Below are positions 48,457 through 60,655 of a stretch of DNA of 64,000 nt, piece by piece. The notes below the pieces were generated by a model. The model searched no databases. It saw nothing but the letters and a program-made list of their open reading frames with translations, and was not told the DNA's origin. Source of the DNA: Azolla caroliniana (Eukaryota; Plantae; Polypodiophyta); NCBI GenBank assembly GCA_043228905.1, contig JBHGNT010000020.1:6138001-6202000 (forward strand), in the 5' to 3' direction. Each line of letters begins with the position of its first letter. Position 1 is the stretch's first letter. The position numbers were made by a program, and so were the translations under genes.

Positions 48457-49620
48457 ATGGCTGCCATTAACTCAGAAGAATATCTCACCCTTGTTGCAGA
48501 AATGGAGAACCTTAAATCCAAGTTCGCATCTCTTGAAGTAGAGAATCAACGTCTACTTGGGGATCTACAAAAGGTTACTATAGAGAAGCAACAACAACAA
48601 GAGGAGTTCACGCGAAGAGTGCAACAGTTAGAGTCGACAATCGTCGTGTTACAACAACAAAGGGTTGAAGGTCATGGACTTATCAAGGAGCCCAAAATTA
48701 GCCTCCCAGCTAAATTTGATGGGTCGAGGGCGCATTTCCGAGGTTTTTTGAATCAAGTATGGTTGGTGATTCAAATGCATCCCGCACGTTATCCAACAGA
48801 TGCATCACGAGTCGGGCTAGTGGGCACTTTATTGACTGGCATAACGTTGTCGTGGTTTGCTCCATTGCTAGAGACCAATTCTCCTCTACTGAATAATTTC
48901 GAGGAATTTATCAAGGAATTTAAGGCTTGTTTCGGAGATACTGATGGGGCGAGAACAGCTATCAACAAGATTCGTACACTTCGTCAAGGTGATCAACCAG
49001 CTTCAACATATGCTGCCAATTTCCGTCTCATCGCAAGAGATATTCCTTGGGATGAACAAGCCCTAATGGAGCAATTCCGTTCAGGCCTTCGTAGTGATGT
49101 CAAAGACTTACTTCTTACCTTCCTTGAGGATCCAAGGTCACTTACAGAAGCTATTAGTCGAGCAATACGGTGTGATAATCGCCTTTTTGAGCGTCGATGT
49201 GAGCGACAACAACAAATAACAAGATCTAGATTCACACCAACTTATGCATCAGTAACAGCGCAATCATCCCCAAGGCAAATGTATAGCCCTGCTCCAACTC
49301 CAAGGCAAATACGTAGTCCAGTCCCAATGGATAGTCCTACACCCATGGAGATCGATATGACTCAACGATGAGGATCGTTGTCAGACGAAGAGAAGCAACG
49401 TCGTCGAGCAAACCATCTGTGCTTATATTGTGGAGGTCCAGGACATATAACCATTCATTGCTCCCGTAGGCCGAGACGTCAGGTAAATCAAATTCACTAT
49501 GACAATAAAAATGAGTCCAACATTTTAGAAGTAGTTAGTGAATCTAATATTATGAATAATCCACCCTTGTCCAATAAATTTGAAGTCCTAAGCCAATTAG
49601 AAGAGGAGTCAAACGAATAA
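48457..49620 (+). pseudogene. Chromovirus gag (coiled coil, capsid, CCHC knuckle) with a premature TGA at 49369
   Basis: [46 protein letters not shown]. Confidence 0.88.
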
Positions 49621-49646
49621 GTCCGGCCAAAATAGGAGCCATTTGG

Positions 49647-52600
49647 TTGGACAACCCTAGATATGTACAACCTAGTGTGGGTTCCATTTCTTCCAAGCAT
49701 GTTAGTAGAGTCTTCTCAGCCCTAGTACAAGTTAGGACACCCAGTTGTCAACTTCAAGTCCAAGCCCTCTTAGATACTGGAGCCAATTCTTGTTTCATGG
49801 ATAGAGATTTTGCCCAAAAACACCAAATATCCTTGCATACACTTCCTTGTCCAGTTTCCGTAGTAGTGATTGATGGACGCCCCATAGCTTCCGGGAAGAT
49901 ATTTGAAGAGTCTGAGCCAATACACATACTCTTGGGTGATTTAGGATGTGTAGTTTCCTTTAACATAATCCGTAGTCCTGAGCATCCAATTGTCCTCGGT
50001 TTGCCATGGTTCGAGCTACATAACCCTAGAATCGATTGGAGGAAGCGAGAAATTAGGTGCCCTTTAGCAGAAAATATCATTCTCAAGGATCGAACTCGGG
50101 ATTATCCTCCCAAAGTATATAGTTCTACCGATGCACCATATCCTTCTCATCAAATTTCAGCCATCACATTGCATCAATTGCACCAAGTGGGAGGCAAGGA
50201 GGACCTTTTCTTATTTGCAGTATCAGTGACACCTTCTAGTGTCACTCAAGGGAATTCAGACATCCAAATTCCCAAAAAATATCAAGACTATGCTGATGTT
50301 TTCGACAAAGTCAAAGCTAGTGTTCTTCCAAAACATCGGCCGTACGACTGTCCTATTGATCTCCAACTAGGAAAAGAGCCTCCGTGGGGTCCGATTTACA
50401 ATTTATCACCCACTAGCTTGAGGTTCTTCGAGAATACATCGAGGAAAATCTTGCACATGGGTTTATTCGACATTCAAAGTCTCCAGCTGGTGCTCCTATC
50501 TTTTTTGTGAAGAAAAAGGACGGCTCCCTTCGTTTGGTCGTGGACTATCGAGGCTTAAATAAAGTCACCATAAGGAATAGGTATGCTTTACCTTTAATCT
50601 CCAATCTCTTAGAACGCATTGGTGGGGCAAAGCATTTTACCAAAATTGATCTAAGGGGTGCATATAATCTTGTTCGAATTCGGCCGGGAGATGAGTGGAA
50701 AACAGCGTTTCGTACTCGGTATGGTCATTTCGAGTATACAGTCATGCCTTTCGGGCTCACAAATGCACCTGCCGTATTCCAACATATGGCAAATGACATC
50801 TTCCGGGATTTCTTGGATATTTTTCTAATCATCTACCTAGATGATCTATTGATTTACTCTAAAACACAGGGGGAGCATGATATACATGTGCGACAAGTAC
50901 TTGAACGCCTAAGGAAGTATGGTCTTTACGCCAAACTTGAGAAATGCAGTTTTGATTGCAAACAAGTTGAATTTTTGGGATACACTATTTCATCCCAGGG
51001 TGTTTTCATGGACCCGACAAAAGTCCAAACAATATTGGAATGGAAACCCCCATGCTCAGTTCGGGATGTCCAGTGTTTCCTCGGATTTGCGAACTTCTAT
51101 CGCAAATTCATACATAATTATTCAAGCATTGTGTTGCCCCTTACTCAACTCACCAAGAAAAATCAAGCATTTTTTTGGAGTATCGAAGCGGACAAGGCTT
51201 TTACGCAGCTGAAAGAGGCATTCACATCAGCACCCATCCTAGCACATATTGATCCTGAAAAGCCATTTACTATTGAGGCGGATGCATCAGACTTTGCATT
51301 GGGGAGTATCCTATCGCAACCAGGCGAGGACGGGCAGATACATCCAGTCGCGTTTCACTCGAGAAAGTTTACTGTTTCGGAGATAAACTATGAGGTGCAT
51401 GACAAGGAGTTACTAGCTGTGGTCGACTCATTCGAGCAATGGTGTCATTTTCTAGAAGGATCACCTCATCAGATTATCATTTATAGTGATCACAAAAATC
51501 TCACATATTTTCAAACAGCTCGAGTATTAAATAGACGACAAGCTCGGTGGGCCCAATTTCTAACGCGTTTCGATTTCAAGATCATTTTTCGCCCCGGAAA
51601 ACAACAAGGGAAAGCAGATGCTCTGTCTCGGCGTTCGTATCTAGCCCTTCGACCTGGAGATCCGGCCTTTGACAATCAAAAGCAAACTCTCCTCGGGCCA
51701 TCAAAGCTACAGGTAACAACAATTTATGCCACACCACTTGATTCTACCCTTCTTGACACTATTCGGCAACAACTTCATTCGGATGATTTTGCTAAGGATG
51801 TCTTAGCTCACTGTGGTTCAAGTCATCCATCTTGCTCCACATTGCCAGGGTCATCTCAACATTATCAGGACTTCAAGTGGCAAGATGGTTTACTCTTCTA
51901 CAAGAATCTCCTTTACGTCCCCGACGGATCACCCCGACTTCAAGTGTTGGAACATTGTCATGATGCCCCCATGGCTGGACATTTTGGTATTTCCAAGACC
52001 ATTGAGCTGGTGAAACGTTCATTTTAGTGGCCTCACTTGCAAAAATTTGTCGAAGATTATGTTCGCACTTGTGACACCTGCTGTCGCGCCAAAATACCCC
52101 GGCATCACCCTTATGGCTTACTACAACCATTACCCCCTCCCAACAAGCCATGGCAGTCTATTTCTATGGATTTCATTACGGATCTGCCACCTTCCAAAGG
52201 CTTTGATACTATTTTAACAGTAGTGGATCGGTTCACCAAGATGGCACATTTTGTACCATGTGTAAAGACCATCAATAGTGAAGAAACTACAGATCTCATT
52301 ATGCGTGAAGTGTTTCGCCATCATGGTCTCCCGAATGATATTATTAGCGATCGAGGTCCTCAATTTATCTCACACTTTTGGAAGCACCTATGGGCAGGCC
52401 TCAAAATCTCTTGCAAACTCTCTTCGGCTTATCATCCACAAACTGACGGACAAATAGAGCGCACAAATCAAACGCTCGAGCAATATCTTCGATGTTTCAT
52501 TAGTTATCAACAAGATGATTGGAGTAAAATTTTACATCTAGCCGAGTTTGCATACAACAACACGGTCCACTCTTCTACCAAAGTTACACCTTTCTTTGCC

Positions 52601-53275
52601 TACACTGGCAACCACCCTCGATGGTGAATACTGGATCTTCCCGAGGTGTCACGAAACCCTAGTGCGGCGCATCACCTCCACCGACTACAACAAATCCAGT
52701 TCGAGTTATCGTCACATCTTCAGAAAGCGCAAGCACACCATAAGACCAATGCCGATCGACATCGTCTTAAGTCTCCGTTTAAGGTTGGTGACCGTGTATG
52801 GTTGCTTCGTCGTCACATCAAGACTACCCGACCGTGTGCTAAGCTTGACTATCAACGCTTAGGTCCTTTTGTCATCACGGCGCAGATTAATGATGCAACA
52901 TTTCGTCTTAACTTTCCTGCACATATGCGGCTTCACCCTGTCTTTCATAGCTCTCTTTTGGAACCTTGCCACACCTCTTTAATTCCTAATTGTGTTGTGC
53001 CACCACCGCCTTCTATACAACTTGTGGACGGCCCCGAATACGAGGTAGCTGCTATTCTTGATTCTAAGATTGTGCGCAATAAGCTTTATTATCTAGTTGA
53101 TTGGCTTGGTTATCCTCCGAGTGATCGCACTTGGGAACCCATCGATAACGTTTGTAATGCTGAAGCTCTGGTCAACGACTTCCATCGTCACTATCCAAAC
53201 AAGCCCGACCCAACAATGTTAACGCCGACTTCCACTCGGCGTTCTCGAAGGAGGGATAGTGTCATGAACACATGA
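49647..53275 (+). pseudogene. Chromovirus pol: PR-RT-RNase H-INT-chromodomain (one frameshift, two stops)
   Basis: ALLDTGAN; KIDLRGAYNL, MPFGLTNAP, IYLDDLLIYS; EADASDFALG; ISMDFITDLP, ISDRGPQF, HPQTDGQIER; YEVAAILDSK..LYYLVDWLGYPPSDRTWEP. Confidence 0.93.
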
Positions 53276-54592
53276 CCATTATGGCGTCACCCGGACTTGA
53301 ACCTCGAACCTTGTAATTCATACTTGAAAACCTCAACCATTAAGATAGCTTATTGTTATATGAAACAATAAAAGCTACTTCTTGTATTACATTGATTATT
53401 GTAAAAACTCTAGATTATTCTAGAATGTTCTAGAATGTCCTAGAGTATTCTAGGTCTAGAACATTCTAGAACATTCTAGAAATCTCTAAGCTATTCTATA
53501 GGAACCTATAAATAAGCGCATACATGTATTCTCAAATCAATTCGAATTAACACCAGTCTTTAGCTCTCATTACATATCTTGTATCCATTCTCTTTCTTTC
53601 TCTATCTTATACATCCATTCTTCTCTATCCTTCTTCCATCACTCTACCTTTTATCCTTGGTTCTGACAGCAGATACCTGTTGAATTGACCGGAAAAGTAC
53701 TCTTTTCGGCCATCCGACCGCAAACACTTGATATTTCTTCCTATTTCCCTTCCGATGAAACTCTTGAGGTCCCGGAAATAGGCGAAGACTTCACTTTTCT
53801 TCTCAATGAGGTAGATCCACGTGTGCCGCGTATAGTCGTCGATGAAGAAGACGAAATATTGACTCCCGCCAAGACTAACATTCTGTGCCGGCCCCCATAC
53901 ATTGGAATGTATCAAGTCGAGCTTGTTCCGGCTCCAGTTACGCTCGTTACGGAAAGGAAGTCGGTGTTGCTTCCCTAGCTAGCCGGCTTCACAAATTTGT
54001 GCCTTCCGGCCACTAAATTTGGGCAATCCGAACACCACCTGTTTCGATTGTAGGTTCTAAAGCCGTTGATAGTTGATGTGGCCTATCCGCTTGTGCCATA
54101 AGTCGATATCCGACTTGACTTTTTGTCCTTTCGCGAACATTACAGTGCCACTGTCACTAGACTCAAGGATAAACATCCTCCCGTCTTTGCGCCTTTGTGC
54201 AATAACTCGGCCTTCTTCCTCGATGAAGCACTCGAGATGCGTTGTCGTAGTGTAATTCGCACACGACCTGAAAAATTACATTTTTGGTTTCTCCAGATAG
54301 GACATGGAGTACCCGGTGAGAACCGGAAAAAGGAACCGGTAAGGACCGAAACCGGTAAGGAGACCCGGCAAGAGCCGGATGAAGAAGGCCGGTGAGAGTC
54401 GGTGAGAAACGGACGAAGAGATCGGTAAGGAGGTCCCGGTAAGAGCCGAACAAAGAAAACTAGCAAGCACCAGATGAAGCAGAATCGGAAAGAGCCAGAT
54501 GAAGAAGGCCGGTGAGAGTCTCTCACCGGATGAAGAGACATATTTGTAAATAGAAGATGGTATAAAAATATATATATTACATGCATAGGGCA

Positions 54593-54646
54593 AGATTCGA
54601 ACCTTGCACCTCCATGTTAATAATGTTAAGCCTTATCATTATACTA
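54593..54646 (-). promoter_or_regulatory. tRNA-like A-box/B-box pair in Gypsy-D U3 (second copy 61061-61114)
   Basis: Minus strand TAGTATAATGATAAGG..GGAGGTGCAA GGTTCGAATCT; 44-nt spacing; TTTTT about 25 nt downstream. Confidence 0.62.
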
Positions 54647-55140
54647 GGGTATTATGAATTTTAAAGTTATACTAAACTTTATCCCATGTAAAATTTCTAG
54701 ACATGCATGGTACAAATAGTTATTCATGCATAGACACACGAGTTAAAAGAAAAGATGAGATAGAAAGCTAATCATGCACATGTAGTGTGCATGAAAACTA
54801 AAGATAGGAAAAGCATGAGCTTGCATGTGATAAACTTAGACTCTTCCAACACTATATAAGGAAGAGAGAAAGATGTATAGATGTTGTTGATTATTTTACA
54901 AGGGTTGATTAATATAATATAATCGTGGGATCCACGAGTTTGCTAACAATTTTTCTCTCTTAATTTGAGTACTCACTAATACACTATACTCGTGGGATTC
55001 ACGAGTTTTTCATATCTTTGTTTCTTACAATATATTTCATATTCTTAATCGCCTTAGAAATTTCTTTCCTCCTAGTCCAAAACCCTAGCGGTTCCCACCC
55101 GACTCACGCAATGATCCAGAGCCGTAAGGCACGACATAAG

Positions 55141-55158
55141 TGGTGAACCCGACGTGAA
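55141..55158 (+). promoter_or_regulatory. Primer-binding site complementary to tRNA-Trp
   Basis: TGGTGAACCCGACGTGAA matches the 3' end I recall for plant cytosolic tRNA-Trp (..UUCACGUCGGGUUCACCA). Confidence 0.85.
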
Positions 55159-57217
55159 CACGGGTGGCAAGGAGATGGAAAATCAACTGGAGGCTAACAA
55201 CATGATGATGATGTTCGAGCGGATGCTTCAGGAACAACGTGCGATGTCGGAGATAGTGGCGGCAGTAGAGCGGCTCGTGCAACGGATCGGGCAATTCAAC
55301 GGAAAGGACGTACCACGCTATCTTCGGGACTACAAGGCGGAAATGTTACGGTGCGGGATTTCGGAAGGACTGCAAGTAGCATCCTTCAACCAGGTGGCAA
55401 CCGACGGGCTTCAAGCAAGTATCCACGGGCTACGACAACAAAATCCGACGTGGGAAGCGTTTGAAGAGGTGCTAAAGACCACATTCGCTATCGAGGACTC
55501 CTCCAAGGCAACGTGGAGAGGATTCGAGGATTGGGTAGAAACGTCGGACAAGGGGATGAAGGTCCTCGATGTGTTTTCGGCATTCGAAAGTCGGTTCGGG
55601 AGGCTGTCTGCGAGAGATCAAGCTATCCTCGCACCGAACAAAGTTATCATGTTCTTACGAGCTGTAGACGTCCGAGACTGGAAGGATCTTGGAGTGCTTC
55701 TAGAGGACACGACTACCGAGAGTGGCCTCACCAAAACATGGGAAAGCGTGTGGGATATCGTCACGCGATACACAAAGAGGGGGCAATGGCTTGCCAACGA
55801 AGAAAAGAGGGTTTCGGAACCGATTCCGAAACCGAGATCCGGATCGGAAGACCATCAACCGCGGGCTCGGGAAGCTACGACTGAGAAGGGAATCGACGCA
55901 ACTACAGTGGAGCAGTTGCTGAAGGAGATGGAGAATCCAAAAATCGCGATGGTGAAGAAGTCGGATGACCGTCCCACAAGTTCCAAGTATATAGACCGTC
56001 GATGCATATGGTGCGATAGCACCAAACATGATCGGAGGGATTGAGACGAGCACAAGGAAGCGCTACGACATGATCTTATCTACTACGAGGGAAATCAGAT
56101 TCATTCGATGGACTCTTGGAAGCCGCTCCGATCGAACTTCCGAAAAGGCGGCATGAAGAAGGTCCTAGAGGAGGAAATAGTGGCAAAGAACAATTACGCG
56201 ACAACCGCGGGAATACGTGTCGGGGAGTCATCGGGAGCAAAGGTGTCTTTTTGGCCGGAAGTGCTAGAAAACACCGAGAAAACCGACTCTAACGAGATCC
56301 GAGGCACCGCGGAAGGCATCCGGGAAGCTACGGGATGGGAGTGCCCCGTCGATAAGAATAGTGTGTTTGCTTTATGCCAATTGCATGAAGTGTATGTAGA
56401 TGAGAAGCGACGGTGCACGGATGAGGCGGTCGGTCCATCGAAGACACTGGAAAGCTGGAACTCTGGAGGTAAGGGAAAAGAAAAGATGATTCCGGCATTC
56501 AAGCTCGCCTTGGACGTCGAACAACAAACGGACTTGAAAAAGGTGTTCGAGGAGAGAATCTTCGATAGCCGAGTAGATTTTTCACTTCGAGAATTACTCG
56601 GAATAGCGAAGAAGGAGATCCACGATCTTCTTGTGGATCTCATGAAGAGAAAAAGGCAAAGTATGGAGGAGAACGCTCCAAGGGTGAATGAAAATACCAT
56701 TCTAATGAATGACACCGAATTGGAGGACGAAATACCGAATTCTCACTACACAAAGCCACACTGGGCACGCGCAACTACGGAGACTTCGGTCCGAATTGGT
56801 AACATCAAAGAACCTGTGGTAGCATTGATTGATCACGGATCGGAGATCAACTTGATGTCCAAGGAATTCTATCGGAAGGGTAAGTGGCCTATTAACACGA
56901 ATCATGGGTGGAAGATCCGGGCGGCCACTAAAGCAACGGAAGATCTATTTGCGGCTTGTCCGGATGTGACGGTGAAGATCGGGGATGTCGAGATTGACCA
57001 AAATTTCTTTGTACAAGACGAGGTTTCACACTCCGTGATCCTCGGGCAACCTTTTATCACGACATCACGGATTGAGACAAAGGTGCTCGATAGCGGTGCG
57101 GCTTTTGCGCGAATTCGGAGCCAAAACGGAGGGAAATCCGTCCAATTCCTAATGGTGCCAGCAAATCATGAAAGGAACAAGAGAGAGCTCTTGTCCCAAA
57201 CAAGAATGGATTTTTAG
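55154..57217 (+). pseudogene. Gypsy-D gag-protease
   Basis: FNGKDVPRYL, CIWCDSTKH knuckle remnant, ALIDHGSEINLM protease, ILGQPF; ends at GGATTTTTAG. Confidence 0.8.
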
Positions 57218-57351
57218 AGCGGACTGTTGCGGAGTGGGGAAGTGATAGTCCGAGAAGCCCTGATACCCCGCACAGGAAGAAACCTCTCGTTGCAAAACAA
57301 GTACGAATCGGTCCGGATGGGGCATCCACGTACACGGCCGTAACCGGAGGA

Positions 57352-60300
57352 ATGAAGAAAGAATACCGAAAAGTGGAGGATAAGTTATGGTCGGCATCAA
57401 TAATAAAAGAAGACGAAGAAATCGTGGGAATAGTCGAAGAGTTGTTCTATGGGAGCACACTACAACGGCTTGAAGAGCTCGCGGAAGATACAAGCCAGGG
57501 AAACCAGGTAATTCCGGTGGAATCGGTCGAGACGTACGATTTCATTGTGAAAATGGGGCCGAATGCGCTCCGCAAAGAAGAAGCAATGGTAAGTATGAAA
57601 TACAAGACCGTGGAGAAGAAAGTGAAACCGGCCGCGGGACCATTACCTGCAGATAGCGAACAAAAGAGGAAAGAAGTCTCGGAGGATCCGACACTTTGGA
57701 AGTCCATGGATATCGGACATGCCTTCACGGATGAGACCTGGAAGAAACTTCGGATCGGTGGAGGTGGGTTCCTATTAAAGAATGAAGAAGAACGATTCCG
57801 TGGGATGCTAGAGCGACATGGGAGAGCATTTGCATTTACATCGAAAGAAATAGGATGCGCTAACCCGAAGATAGTGGAGCCGATGGTGATCTTCACGATT
57901 GACCATGTGTCGTGGAACCTGAAGCCGATTCCGGTGCCACGGGCGCATATTCCGAAAATCATCGACTTGCTCCAGGAGAAGGTGGCGATGGGGATTCTAG
58001 AGCCATCAAATGCTTCGTACTCAAATCGATGATTTACGGTTTCGAAGAAGAATGGGTCACTCTGATTTATTCAAGATTTGCAACCGGTGAACAAGGTCAC
58101 GATCCGGAACTCCGGAGTCGGTCCGATAGTGGACGAATTTGCGGAAGCATTTGCCGGTCGCGCGATATACTCTATCGGAGACCTATACTCCGGATATGAC
58201 CAATTCCAACTAGCCGTGGAGAGCCGAGACATCACTACCATGCGGACACCGATAGGATTAGTCTGGATGTGTACGCTACCACAAGGGGCGACGAACTCAA
58301 TCGCACATATGATGAATGCGATGAACAAGGTGCTCCGGGATTGCATACCGGAGATAGCGATGCCGTTCCTAAATGACATTCCAATGAAAGGGTGTGCGGT
58401 GGAAGAAAAAGATGAAGCTATGGATGAACGGGGATGCCGAAGGTTTGTAGTCAATCATATTCTTGATTGTGAGAAAGTGTTACAGAAGTTAGAAGATGTG
58501 CATCTAACACTTTCCGGAGAGAAATTGGCATTTGGACAAGAAGAAATATTGGTAGTCGGACATCTATGTGGGGCATACGGCCGAAGACCGTCACCAATCA
58601 AGATCGATGTGATTCAAGCTATGAAAGAAGTATGTGAGTCACAATCCGAAGTTCGAAGGTTTCTTGGAGCATGTGCATTCTACCACATGGATTTTGCACT
58701 ATGCACATATAGCGGACCCACTCTATCACTTGTTGCGGAAGGGTAAGAAGTTTGAATGGAAACCAGAGCATACCAAAGCCGTGAAGAAGCTCAAGAAATC
58801 ACTACGGAGGGCAGAAGCACTAAAGAAGCCGAACTATGACCAACCGATCATAGTAACGGTTGACACAAGTCCAACTGGAATCGGATGGGTCATCAATCAA
58901 GCCGATCCGGAAGGTTCGCGATATCCGATCCGATTCGGAGCAAAGGTTCTCAACGAAAGGCAACACGGACATGCACAAGTTAAAAGAGAATTATGGGGAG
59001 TCGTGTCGGTAATCAAATCGGATCGAGATTATTTGATTGGAGCCGAAGTAGTGATCGAAACGGATTGTCTTCCGATACTCGGGATGATGCGGTGTTGCAC
59101 GATACCGGAGGTGGCTATGCTAAGATGGATTGCATATGTTAAGTCACTTAATCTGGAGGTATGACACATCTCCGGAAAAGACAACGCTGTAGCGGATATG
59201 CTATCAAGGGTGCGGTTCGGAGATGACATAACCGAATCCGATAATGGAGAAGTTTCCGAAGACTACTTTGCTTCGGAGCACATATGCCGGGTGGATGTAA
59301 TCGAAGAATTCCGGGAAGAAGAGTACGAGGGAGAAAGCTTGTTGATCAGGAAAATGCTACGAGAAATCGAGGAATCATCGGACAATAAGGAGAAGAGAGC
59401 TGAGATCCGAAGTAAGAAACGGCAAGTTTGAAAGTTCTTCTTGAAAAATGGATTTTTATGGAGGGAGCCGAAAAGACCGGGTGGTATACCACTTCGAGTA
59501 GTCGGGACAAAAGAGCAACGAAACCAGGTAATGTCTGAATTTCACGAATCTGATTGGGCTGGACATCGGGGAACATGGGCAACATTTGGGAAGATCAAGC
59601 AAAGATATTGGTGGAAAAATATGTACAGAGATGTCACGGAGTTCACGGAAAGCTGCAAGAAGTGTCAAATCTACTCCGGAGTTTGACACCGAGATGAGTT
59701 GCATCCGACATTCTCACCGACAATCAACTTCAAATGGATGGTCGATATTGTAGCCATGCCAACCGGGATTAGACAAAAGAAATACTTGGTGTTAGCTCAG
59801 GAAGATCTCACAAACCAAGTAGAAGGTCAGGCGCTACAGAGGAAAACGTGTTCTGCGGTATGCCAATTTCTTTTGGAAGAAGTGTTTTGCAGGTACGGGT
59901 GCATAGGACAAGTGATTGCGGATCGGGGAGAACTCGACTCTGATAAAGCTAAGGAATTCTTCACTAAACATGGAGTTCGGTTAACACTGAAAACGGCATA
60001 CAATCTGGAAGCCAACGGGTAGATCGAACGAGGACATAGTACGATTGTCAAAGCACTTGCGAAGGCATGCGATGGAAGGGTGAAGGATTGGTCGCAGATG
60101 CTTCCGTATGCACTATGGGCGACATGGACAATGCTACCATGGAAGGAAGAGATGAGCCAGGAAGAACTACTAGCGGTCCGGATACGACAACTGGAGGGAA
60201 GACCGGAAGACATAGCGGAAGCAATACGCCGACAACAAGAAGCGCGATTCCGGAATAAAAGCCGGTTCGACACAAAGCACGGACTACGACCGCGGAAGAT

Positions 60301-60655
60301 TGAAGAAGGAGATTGGGTGATTGTCTACAACAGTAGTTTGGATCATCAACATACAACGATGCAGAAGTTTGCGAAAAGGTGGTTCGGGCCATATGAGGTT
60401 CGGAAAGTTTTCGATAACGGAACTTACCAACTATGCGAGTTGGATGGAACGACACTACGAGTGCCTATAGCTGGGAAACGGGTGAAAATTTTCAAGAAGC
60501 GGACTGAAGAAGAACCATATGTGATCCTAGACAAGACCGACAAGAAGGAGCAATCGGACGAAGATCGCGGTGATGCGGAAAGCGAGGAAAGTGGATTACA
60601 ACTCATAGTCGACTTAAGGGGAGAATTGGAGGAAGCTTCGGATGAAGGTGAATAG
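57352..60655 (+). pseudogene. Gypsy-D RT-RNase H-integrase (disrupted; integrase deletion near 60125)
   Basis: GDLYSGYDQF, LPQGATNS, PFLNDIPMKG (catalytic DD altered), VDTSPTGIGW, KRELWG, IETDCLP, CKKCQ, IADRGEL, RWFGPY. Confidence 0.88.

Larger units (their letters stand above)
47974..53668 (+). mobile_element. Full-length Ty3/Gypsy chromovirus (Tcn1-like)
   Basis: 409-bp LTRs 47974-48382 and 53260-53668 (four substitutions by eye). Perfect TSD GCAGA. PPT GAAGGAGGGATAG. C-terminal chromodomain. Confidence 0.95.

Noticed and set aside
49369-49371. Programmed readthrough stop in chromovirus gag (similarly TAG at 24650 and TGA at 8077)
   Set aside because: Each is one transition from CGA or CAG, matching the general C>T decay in the window.
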